From Paraphysomonas bandaiensis (Eukaryota; Protista; Chrysophyceae), in the NCBI GenBank assembly GCA_965644295.1, contig CBFFRP010000371.1:1-64000 (forward strand): 64,000 nucleotides of DNA, written 5' to 3'. Shown here piece after piece: positions 1-11,005 of this stretch (positions are counted from its first letter, which is position 1; each line of letters begins with the position of its first letter). The notes below the pieces were generated by a model. The model was not told the DNA's origin, searched no databases, and saw nothing but the letters and a program-made list of their open reading frames with translations. Made by a program: the position numbers and the translations under genes.

Positions 1-1000
1 TTGCCTGTGTGAGATGCCGGATTGCCATTTGTGTTCCATGTGGAGAGTCGGAGTCCCATGGCTGCTCCCGAGGGAGCCTTGGGGATGCTGCTGGAGGTCT
101 CTGTAGGAGTTCCTCTTGTCTGCAAGGAGTCTGTCCCATACTGCTTTATTGGCACCGCCTATGTTGTCGCTGGTCGCACGCAGCCCTGGCTTGGATTAAT
201 ATCTCAAGTGGCCAGCGTTGATCACACCAGTAATGATGCCCGTGAGTTGATGAGGAAGTTCTTCATCCCTAGCAATGGGACGTATTGAACAATGGGATAT
301 AGAGGCATTTATTTTTCTAATAAATCCTGACATTAGCCATGTTTGTAATAGTGGTCATTAACATACCCAGCTTTGCACAGCACATTGTCGGACTTGGTCA
401 AAGCCATCTATTGCGAAGGTACCAGTACTGTCTTGAACTATGTAATCAGAACGCCTTTGCAGACTGACTCAGCTTTGTTAGTGGATAAGGCCGGCTTTTG
501 CATCAGCAACATGACGTCTGCTGGGAATGTGTTCTTCGTACAAAGGGATAGTCCTTTGGCAGTGTTATCGGCGTACGCAATGTAGAACTTGACCAGTCCC
601 TGTCCCAGCTGGTGGTATCAAGTGCTGGAGTTGGTCTGATCGTTCGTGTGGTCGTGGATTGGTGTGAGTTGTGAAGGTTCGTTGGTTGGTCACTTTCATC
701 GTAATTACGACCTTTGGCTTTCCGGCTGGCTGGCATCGACTTGTCAACGCAGTTTGGGCGTGTTTCAACTGCATCTTCTTGTGCGATGGTAGTGCTCCCG
801 CAAACATAGACAGCAGAATGCTTGTTTGGTAGAAGGGACATCAATAAGTGTCATTTGTGTATAGACGTCTTTGGGTCCTGACGAATAAACAGGCATCCGG
901 GAATGGGCCCACCTCAAGGGCATCCGGGACAGGGCCCACCTGAAGGGTAACCGGGGTATTGGGCTGCTTGCTGAAGTCAAGCATCTATTAGAATATGGAT
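1..1000 (-). mobile_element. 5' part of a LINE-like non-LTR retrotransposon: Zn-knuckle-like motif, SET domain, start of APE endonuclease; frameshifted, runs off window
   Basis: Minus strand 59->1 reads MGLRLSTWNTNGNPASHTG, typical of the first strand of EEP/APE domains. 590->225 reconstructs across frameshifts to AKGL..TKNTFP / FAIDGFD / CKAGYVND / ANVRI / IRPIARDEEL.INYGHHYW (SET). ~815-770 reads CCLCLREHYHRTRRC. GC content is higher than in the host DNA. Confidence 0.6.
891..964. repeat. 27-bp tandem repeat, ~2.7 copies (GGCATCCGGGA..GGGCCCACCT.AA)
   Basis: aggcatccgggaatgggcccacctcaa / gggcatccgggacagggcccacctgaa / gggtaaccggggtattgggc. Confidence 0.85.
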
Positions 1001-1020
1001 CTTATTCTAGTATATTCAGT

Positions 1021-1570
1021 GTGTCACTCCCTCGAAAAATCCATCGCCTCTATTCTACTCCCCCTATATGATGGAGGGCTCCGCATGATTCGCAAAAGGG
1101 GATTCTGAGACCACAACGCAGACACGGCACCGGCGACACCGGTCACGACACATTCACAGCAACGCCAGTCCCAGGATACTCACCAAAAATACTCCAACTA
1201 CTCCAGGCGACATCCACCCCAAGAACTAAACTCTCTGCAAGAGTCCAGACCCGACAGAGGCAAGCGCAACCACTCCGGAAACAACTCCTCCTTACTTGTG
1301 GCCGAAACCCCACCTCACAACCAGCACCATCTCCACCACCGACTTACACTCTCATATACATCTCTCCTCATCCACCCCTCACATAATCCATGGCACAGGC
1401 CCGCCAGACACATTGCCCAAAGGTAGACCCCCCGACTAACCTCAATACAAGGGACGGTTGCACCATGGTGCTCGCAGCGATGCGCAAGCAGTCCCGAGAC
1501 GGTTGCCCGCCACTAGTAGTATTTAGTAAATCTAGTTATTACTGTAGTTAGTCTATAGATATAAACTAGT
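1021..1570 (+). mobile_element. Probable 3' end of a LINE-like element (5'-truncated)
   Basis: C/A-rich degenerate coding-like tract ending KGRPPD* (1419-1439), a C-terminus common in protist retroelement ORFs. It is followed by a short GC-rich UTR and a TAG-rich tail. Confidence 0.4.
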
Positions 1571-2658
1571 TTCTGTACACAACCGTTCTCATGTAATAAT
1601 CAGACTTTCCTACAGTATGTCACTTGAAGACAATGTACGAGAATACAGTAAAATATAGTGATGTGCAAATGCTATGATGATATTGAGAAACTGAAATAGT
1701 TTGACCTTTCAAGTTATGCTCAGTAACGAGAGCTTCGCATATGTAGGATATTATGCGTAGATTAAAATGAGTTAGTGTTGGTTATCACAACTTCGTGTAA
1801 ACGATATTAATAAATCTATCTAGTCTTACGACAAATTCTCTCTGTAATCTTAAAATGAGCAATTTCCAATAGCATCCGGGATGTTCACCTTAAGAACTCC
1901 TAGCGGAAGTGGTGCTTGCGGCGACGCACAAGCAGCCTCCTTAGCGTAAAATAGTAGGATAATAGAGTTTGTACTAGGTAGACGTCTATCTAGCTTGACT
2001 AGTATTCTTCTAGCTACTAAACTGGTGCTGATTCTTATCGCCTTTTTACAATAATAAGACCTTCAATATACACTAGTTCTGACTCTTACACCACGCCTAT
2101 TGCTAGTAACAAGACATACATTCTCTACTATAATATTTCATTTTCTCTGCTACACTGATATTCAATTGAATTAAAATAGAATGCATTATTCAACTGACTC
2201 AAAACTGTTGCAACATATTCAAACTCAAACAGTGAGGACAACATACCCATATTACGTAAGTCGAGGTTGTAGGGTGATTTTAAATTTTTTAGAAACGAGT
2301 ACTAGTTTTACGAATTTATAACATCAATAACTTCTAAATCTGTAGTATTACTTGGTGACGTCACTTCATACAAAACAAGTTTGATATACCTTAATCAAGC
2401 TGAAACTTGAAACACTCTTCTATGAATACGATTGCTCATTTGTACGCACAATTGTCATGATAAAGCAATTTCAATATCACAAGCTAACATTTCATAAAAG
2501 AAGAGCAGAAATGAATCATTATATTCTCGACAATAGATAGACTTACCTCTAAGAAAGTCAATAGTGAAATAATAATTAAAGAAAAGAGATACTGCCTAAA
2601 TGGACACTTCAGGTGCATTTTTGTCATCAGTATCGCCTTAGAACTACGACATTACATG

Positions 2659-2799
2659 ACATAGTATCAACTTTCTCTGCAATACATTGAACAATCCCTG
2701 CACGATGTGAACTGATTCCGCAGGAATTGAGCCAATACCAAAATCGGTCACAGTGTTCCACAGAGCCCACTCCATCCTCCTTCAACATGAGGAACTGGC
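2659..2799 (-). pseudogene. Internal fragment of the BAF-like gene
   Basis: ~140 bp essentially identical to the BAF-like copies (QFLMLKEDG...AEKVDTM), with no start or end. 2602-2643 resembles the 3' flank of copy 2 (~6874-6915). Confidence 0.85.
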
Positions 2800-3394
2800 T
2801 ACAACAATAATTATATTCATATATAGCCATACTGGCAATTATTGATCATATTAATAGTTTTGTATATATGTAAGAAATAAGATGATCATAATCTTAATAT
2901 TTCGGATGGGGGCGAGTTCATATTATGATATATATATATATATAGCTATGATATTAATATGTATATATATGCATAGTGTAGAGACTCTACTGCAGGTTTA
3001 TAGATACTGAAACCTTGAATCCACACCGTAGAGGATACGAAGTGTGGTAATCCTGTTGGAGAGTTTTTTTGTATAAAGAACCATTTTTTTACAAAACTCT
3101 TCATGATTGTATCATTGTGCTATAAGCGGAAGTATTTTGGGAATTTAAAAGTTTTATAAAAAAGAATTCATAAAATGAAAATTCTGGGAATTTTAGTTTT
3201 ATCCCCATATGGGATTACAAAGATCCAGAAGCTTCTGTTATGTATGGATTGTATGTATGAGTAGGAATTCCAACATATCTCTGTCCGAACAATATCTCTG
3301 TGGTGTATCTTTGTTGTGGATGCAGTAGGGTTGCATCTTATTACTGCACATTATTATTGCAACATAATATTAACATATCCGTTAAGTTGATAAC

Positions 3395-4118
3395 ATGAGC
3401 TCCTACAAGTTGACCTATTTTCCAATTGCTGGCGCGGCAGAGAAGGTGCGCCTCGCATTTGTTTTGACTCGCACTCCCTTCGAGGACTGTCGCATATCTC
3501 CTGATCAATGGTATGCATGCATGAATAAAAAGTAGTACTTGTGTTCTCAACTAATTATATAGGGCTGAAATGAAACCTACCACGAAGTTTGGTCAACTTC
3601 CATTGTTATCTATTGACGGCGGTGAACCCATTGCTCAGAGCGGTGCAATGCTGCGTCACATTGGACGACTGGGAAACTCTTCACTTTACCCTCGAGATGA
3701 TGCGAAAGAGCTTCAGATCGACGAACTGATTGGCCTTGCAGAGGACTTCGATCGAGCATTCTTTCCTTGCTTAATGACAGCAATGCGCCCTGTGGCAATG
3801 GGCCACCCAGAGGACTTTGCCAAGACGCCTGAGGGACAGGAGACAATCCGTAATATGCGTACCGCATTTGTTAATGATACGATTCCTACCTTTCTCAATC
3901 ATTACACTCGCTACTTAGAAGCATCGGGAGCCTTCTTTTGTGGGTCTGAGCCAACTATTGCTGATTGCTACATATTGCCACAGTTAGCCAAGTTCCAAGC
4001 CGGCTTTATTGATCATGTCCCAACTGACTGCCTAGACAAGTACCCTGTTGTCCTTGCTTGGATGGAGAGAATGCGTGCAATTCCGGAAATTGCAGAGTAT
4101 TACGCCAACAAGAAGTAG
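3395..4118 (+). CDS. Glutathione S-transferase (sigma-like); exons 3395-3510, 3563-4118
   Basis: MSSYKLTYFPIAGAAEKVRLAF...FED; KFGQLPLL; AQSGAMLR; G..PTIAD; one 52-nt GT-AG intron. Confidence 0.93.
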
Positions 4119-4949
4119 ACAATGTTGTTTGTATACATCCTACCGTCTGTGGTTGAGAATTAATTTCTAATTTACAAGCGTATAAATTGTAACTGCTAAA
4201 CTTGTTTGCTCAACAAAGCTAGATACAACCGTTTTAATATTTCTTGAGTTTTTATTTCGTTGAGTTAATCTGAGCGTTCAGCGAATTGAAGGAAGAAGGC
4301 ATCGTTGCGAAGTGATTCAGTAATAGTAGAATAATCCACAGATTCGTACCTATCATCAACTTGGTTTATGGTTTAACCTCAAATGAATATAAGCTGGTCT
4401 TTATGTATAAGTGAGAACATCAATCCTTTCTCTTATATTCCTTAAGCGCCTATTACTAATAAAAAGACATTCACTCCTATTGCCTCATTCAAGCAAGTAA
4501 TGTATTTTATATTCTATAGGCCTTAATAGTTTTGTTGAATGCACTTCACAGTGTCACTAGTGTAATGCACAGTATTGCAAACAACACAACAAAGAGACCT
4601 GTGGAAGTAGAAATGGTGACATTTCTTATTCAAAACAAGTCCTAATTCCTTCCATAGACATGTACATATTATGATCGATACCGGAAGACTGCTTTGTAAC
4701 TAACAATGAGATGTTACTATTGAAAAACAGTAATACCAATTTCGACACTTCAGATTCGTTTTTGGCAACAATACGATATTTCTTGTTCAAATTAAGTATT
4801 ATAACTCTTTTGTCCCATTCCCAAGATTCTGCAATAATAAGGTGCTAGTGTTCGTATTTATATTGACTGATTATTTATTACATACCGACATTGTAACATG
4901 TTTTTACACGGGACTGAAAATATCACACGTGAAAGGTAACCAAGAAAAA

Positions 4950-5347
4950 TTACTCATACATAGAGGCATCATATACCCCCGGAAACATAGTATCAACTTT
5001 CTCTGCAATACATTGAACAATCCCTGCACGATGTGAACTGATTCCGCAGGAATTGAGCCAATACCAAAATCGGTCACAGTGTTCCACAGAGCCCACTCCA
5101 TCCTCCTTCAACATGAGGAACTGACCAAACAGCTGAAAGGTAGTCGTAATTCCTTTTTTCGCCAAGGCCTCTTTGGCTTTTGGACCGATACCTGGGACCT
5201 CAGTGATATCTCCAGTTACTGTATTCTGAATAAAAGTAGATAAGCCCTCGGGACCAATAGTCGAGCGGTTGGGGTCGTATCCTTCACTCGGCTATCAGAA
5301 GAAGTAAGAAACAAAGATATCATTACAGAGATAGGGTTACATACCAT
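4950..5347 (-). CDS. BAF (barrier-to-autointegration factor)-like HhH DNA-binding protein, copy 1, 114 aa; exons 5347-5345, 5291-4950
   Basis: MPSEGYDPNRS...DITEVPGIGPKAKEALAKKGITTTFQLFGQFLMLK...FWYWL aligns by eye to BAF (LAGIGEVLGKKLEERG...VLGQFLVLK...FREWL). The ATG-only first exon is followed by a 53-nt GT-AG intron. Confidence 0.8.
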
Positions 5348-7037
5348 GATTACTATTTATATCTCGGATCTAACTTCTGTAACACTTAAGTGGGAAATTA
5401 TGACCTGAGAGTATGAACACTTCCGTACTATCGTACTGTGAATTTCAGTAACTCATAGTGGTATTCTATGTAGCCGTTGTAGTACAGTGTGTGGTGTAGT
5501 ATTCTGTTTGAAATTCTTGAATTATTTCTGCTGATGGTGAGGGAGGATGTTTATCACATTTTTTTTTCTTTCAATCTTCCAGATTTTAATGCTTCTACAT
5601 TTATTTTAATCTATATTTTTTTATGTTTTTTTGCATCAGGCACTTGAATTTCCTTAATTTTTGTGATGTTCAAAAAACAATCTTGTTTGGGGAGGACATA
5701 AAATTCAGTGGAATTACAATGTCCGCTTATTCGATATCCTAATGCCGTGCAGCAATGTAAGTATACTACGAATCATCCTTGATATATTTTCATTAATCAA
5801 AGGGTGAAAACGAGACAATAGAACTGCTTTTTATTCAAGGATGAAATTTATAAGTTTGCAGTTTCCAACGATAGTGCTACTTGTGTAGTAATGTTGGTCA
5901 TACTGACATTCCTAATTCTTATCGGTTGAACATAATGCTTGTATGCTGGAGGGAACACATCTATGCGATTATTTTCTTTTATGTCTCTGGGATAGACGGA
6001 TGAGCAGGGATTAGTGAATGGTCTTACTCTAAGGGAGCTTTTCCTTAGCCACCTTTTGGAAGGACATTGCACACCTCCTAATTCGGGTGTTCCATTATTT
6101 AGTTTGTTTGTATAATGGTTCTCCTGTGCATCAGCCCTTTGAGTCTCGATGTAACCGCAGAATGCGAATTATATATATATCATGCTGACGGAAATACTTG
6201 CTAAACTACCCTTGGAAAGATAATAATATTGCGTTGCTGCAGTAATGTTGTTATTCAAGAGTAGCAAATCAATTTTATTTTCTGCAAATCATAAATAGAC
6301 ACTATATTAACAGTTTCTTTACGTATATCATTACTACACTACTTTTTTGTGATCGTTTATATTGGTACTTCATCACAACAAATAAAATTCAGGTCAGATA
6401 AGAGTTACTAATGGCAATTTCAAGAATATACTACTTGTACTTATTCGAGTTTGGGGGTTGAATATTAAAATTTTGTTCACAATAAGACACGATTTTATTT
6501 TTGAATAGTAACAACAACTTTCATAATTGATTGAGAAGTTGTAATAAAATACTATTTCTGTTTGTCAGTTACATAGATCATTCTGATTAAAAATTGTACT
6601 ATTAATTAGACATTTCTGCATAGCTTTATTCTAATATGTATAAGCTCTAACAGTTGAAAGAAACAGTTATGCACTTCGTATCATTCCCTTCTGTAACACA
6701 GAATACTCACTTGTACATTCATATAACAATGCATATTAATATCGACACCTATTGAGTTATAAACAGTACTTTCGATTTACATAAAACAGTTCATAATGAG
6801 CTATATATTACATGCAACAATTCTTCAATATCCGCAATGTGTGATAACCATATAAAAGCGTTATCGCCAAAACGGACACTTCAATTGCATTTTCGATATC
6901 AATATCACCTTAGAATAAACGAGACCAAAACTGTTTACATATAATAATTCTTTTGTTCAATTATTTATTATTTCTGACATTGTAACATGTATTACACGGG
7001 ACTGAAAATATCACACGTGAAAGGTAACCAAGAAAAA

Positions 7038-7435
7038 TTACTCATACATAGAGGCATCATATACCCCCGGAAACATAGTATCAACTTTCTCTGCAATACA
7101 TTGAACAATCCCTGCACGATGTGAACTGATTCCGCAGGAATTGAGCCAATACCAAAATCGGTCACAGTGTTCCACAGAGCCCACTCCATCCTCCTTCAAC
7201 ATGAGGAACTGGCCAAACAGCTGAAAGGTAGTTGTTATTCCTTTTTTCGCCAAGGCCTCTTTGGCTTTTGGACCGATACCTGGGACCTCAGTGATATCTC
7301 CAGTTACTGTATTCTGAATAAAAGTAGATAAGCCCTCGGGACCAATAGTCGAGCGGTTGGGGTCGTATCCTTCACTCGGCTATCAGAAGAAGTAAGAAAC
7401 AAAGATATCATTACAGAGATAGGGTTACATACCAT
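7038..7435 (-). CDS. BAF-like protein, copy 2; exons 7435-7433, 7379-7038
   Basis: Same protein as copy 1, offset by 2088 bp. Only synonymous differences were seen. Confidence 0.8.
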
Positions 7436-7821
7436 GATTACTATTTATATCTCGGATCTAACTTCTGTAACACTTAAGTGGGAAATTATGACCTGAGAGT
7501 ATGAACACTTCCGTACTATCGTACTGTGAAGTGTTTCTACTCATTGGAAAAAATGTGGACAAAGTCCAGAAAATGATGGAAGTGCCCCCAAAAAAATCCT
7601 GGAAAAATTGCTACTGTGGTACTCGTACTGCATTCTACTCCTGTGTGTGTACCAGTATACTACAGGAGCAGTGCATATACAGCCAGCCTGTTGTACATCT
7701 ACAGCAGTGTGTATGTATGGTATGTTGTCCATATACAGCAGTCAGAAGCAATATATGTACATGTCTATATAGAGTCACTGGATATATATATATATATGTG
7801 TGTGCTGTATAGTATGTTAAT

Positions 7822-10699
7822 ATGCTCTCTATATATCATGCATACACACTACTACTATCCTGTATATATGCCTATAGCCAGTCTGAGTGCCCTCTAACCC
7901 AACTTCAGCACCACGAAAGGTCCGTTTTCTCTCAGAATGGTGAAGATGGAGTGCTATTGGCCATACTGGACATCATCGGAGTTAAACATAGAACATATGT
8001 AGAGTTTGGTGTAGAAGATGGAAAACAATGTAACTCTCGATTACTGAGAGAGCGATATAACTTCACAGGTCTGATGATGGACGGAGGCTTTAGTAATGAG
8101 AGGATTAATCTGCAGCAGGAGTTCATTACAGCTGATAATATACTTCACTTATTTCAGAAACATAATGTTCAAAAGAACTTTGATGTACTTTCTGTAGATG
8201 TGGATATGTTTGATTGGTGGATATTGGCTCGTATACTTGGGGCAGGTGGCTATCGGCCAAGAGTAATTATCGCTGAAGTAAATCCCACCCTTGGTGTGGC
8301 CGGACCATCGCTGCGGTACCTTTTTCATGAAGCCAATGCACTACCGTTAGTGGTTCATCATCCTGCTAGCACAAACCAGACGATGTGGGTGAGTGGGTGA
8401 ACTGTATCGTGCACTATACAACGTAGTAATTGTGCACAGGATTTCACCAGGTATTGCGGTGGTAACCCAAAAGCATTCCAGAAATTGGGTCGCCGATTCG
8501 GTTATGAAATGGTTTACTGCGAAAACTGTGGTGTTAATTGCTTCTTAATTGACCGCACTGAGTTACAGGCTATTTCTTCCTGTCAATTAGGTGATTTTGG
8601 TGTATATTTTATGTATGTATAATGTGTCAAGCAAATGAAACGTTTTGAACGGATTTGAGTTGACGGCGTACTAGCAGATGATGACGTTGGTGGCACCCCA
8701 GAGCATTGGCCTCTTCCAAAACTGTCGTACCCATGTCACGGATTTGCTGGTCAGTCCTACGTGGGTCACCATATTGACAACATTCTGAACAGGAGGCCAA
8801 TACTCATTACAGGTAGTACCGTACATTGGAACCAACGAATGTTTCGGTACAGTACGTACGGTTTTACCTCTATCTATATATAACTGGATGTTTACTTTGT
8901 GTTGTTTTAATGCGTGTCATATTTCAGACGACGTGCTGGATGATGCCGTGCAAGATTCACTTCCTGTTCACAGCGTCGCGGCCATCTCTGCGTATATGAA
9001 ACGCCACGAATTTCCTCTGCTTGAAGTGTCAGAGCCAATTGTGCCCGAGCACACAACAGAATCTATTGATCTTACTGTCGATGAGGAGAGTATTGATAGG
9101 TTTTGCGGGCAGTCACCTTCTGTTGCAGTAAGTTTAAGAGCTGAGCTGGATGACTATATGGATGCTCTACACGATCAATACGGCATACTCACGGGGAAGA
9201 GTCATACAGGTTGGAAAATATATAATTTTGTCACATTATTTGACGTCACTGTCAGGGGTGTTTCTCTGTAGATATCTACAGGAACAAAAGTGGTTAACTC
9301 GTACAGATAACATTCCGACTTGTGAAATTATTGCAGACAAGTATTGGGGTGTAATGGTTGCACTGTTTTCTGCTGGTATGGTTGATGATGCCTTGGCCGC
9401 GTTGCACGAAGGCTTAAGGTGTTATCGTTTTGTGAGCTGTTTTGAATTTTCTACTAACTTTCTGTATATAGGTACGATAACTTACACCAAGGACTTTTGA
9501 CTACACTACAGTACCATTCTTCCGCTGAACACGTACTCCGTACTCAATCATATCTCCGCTATGCCCACGATATACAAACATTTATTCGTCCTGATAAAAC
9601 GTCTGGAGCAGCGAGTATTGGTGCTGGAATTTGCGACGATGTATCTGGTGTTGCAAGAAATCTGCAGCGGATGTGGCGACTTGATGAAGGGGGATATAAT
9701 CATTTAGTGGGAATTTTACAAAGAATGTTGAAGCGTCAGATTCTAGGCGAGGACTATGGAGACAGTGCGAGTATTCCAATAATACACGCCACCAGATACC
9801 TACAGCATGGATCGCAAAGCAATTCAGTACCATATTGTGTTAGAAATGCTTATTCAGAAGTCGAATCTAAAGTGAAGACGTTCTGCGAGAAACGATCGAA
9901 AACGCGAAGCGTGATAGTTCTCGGGACACCTTTCTCTGGTTACGACCAGCTTTTGGGGACCTTACAAGCACACATAAAGCAAGGCGGTCCGGGGGACTTA
10001 TATAAGTATGGGGAGAGAGATGTGACTGTAGGTGCAGATATTAATGCGGAGCTGCTGCGCCTTGTTGGATGCAACTCCTTTCATGACTTGTCAGAGGAAT
10101 GCACATCTAACCTCAGTGAGTTATCTCAAGGTAGCCTCCCAGCACACATAAGGGGTAATAACCAATCGATAGCGGATATATTACAAAGAATTTATCAGCT
10201 TCAGTTGTTGAGTCTTGATGATATAATGATTCTCCCTGGAGTAGAGTATTCCTTCACCACACTACAATGGCTTGGTCCACTGGGTGCGCACTCTAGCGTT
10301 GTGCTATCAGTATCACGACCGGAACATGCAGTGAGTTGCATGGTACAGGATATGTCCTTGTCGCCTAGGAATGCACTCCGCGTGTATATACGCACCCTCA
10401 CTGCCGCTATGAATGTTGTGCAGGTTTTAGGTACGATTGGGTTGCATGCATTTGAAGTGAAAGATTCAGAACCGTATACCACCTATGTGAAAAGATTGGC
10501 TAATAGCTTGAACATACCATGGTCAGATGCTTCAGTGATTGATACCACTGGTGTTGATATGCATCATGAAGATGTATTCGCGCCTTGCGGGGCAGTTGAT
10601 ATCGACATCCCCTCATGGCTAGATGCATGTTACAATGAAATAGTAAACCCGCAGCTAGGTTATATTAGATTTGAATTGTGTATAGAACCTGATATGTAA
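7822..10699 (+). CDS. Multi-exon secretory protein: FkbM-like class I methyltransferase domain plus degenerate sulfotransferase-like C-terminal domain
   Basis: Hydrophobic N-terminus; FSQNGEDG, YVEFGVEDG, FITADNI, DVLSVDVDMFDWW, RPRVIIAEVN; exon 2 (from 8440) reads GYEMVYCENCGVNCFLI; last ORF has VIVLGTPFSG. Joining of the middle exons is inferred. Confidence 0.65.
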
Positions 10700-11005
10700 T
10701 TTTTTGAGATTCGAATGAAATAATGATACAATTCTGGCTCCAAGTATATATCTATTGTTATTGGTTGTTGCTAGCACTACAAGAATACCATATGAAAATC
10801 ACACTTCACTTTAATTTTTAAATAGTACAATACATCACTACATTTTATTCCACTCAGTAATGGAAATAAATAGTGCAATTATAATAGGAACACAAACGAG
10901 AATTATTAACAGAAAATGTTACTAATCACCTATATATGCATTTCTTTATTATATCATAAATAAATGCTGCAGCTACACTTCACTTTACCACTGTTTCAGC
11001 ATTGC

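Larger units (their letters stand above)
4871..7530. repeat. Direct duplication of a ~570-bp BAF gene unit (4871-5442 and 6961-7530)
   Basis: Near-identical sequence covering 3' UTR, CDS, intron and ~95 bp upstream. Confidence 0.95.

Noticed and set aside
9-585. Plus-strand ORFs at 9-288 and 373-585
   Set aside because: They are antisense to the SET/APE-like reading on the minus strand and carry no motifs of their own.
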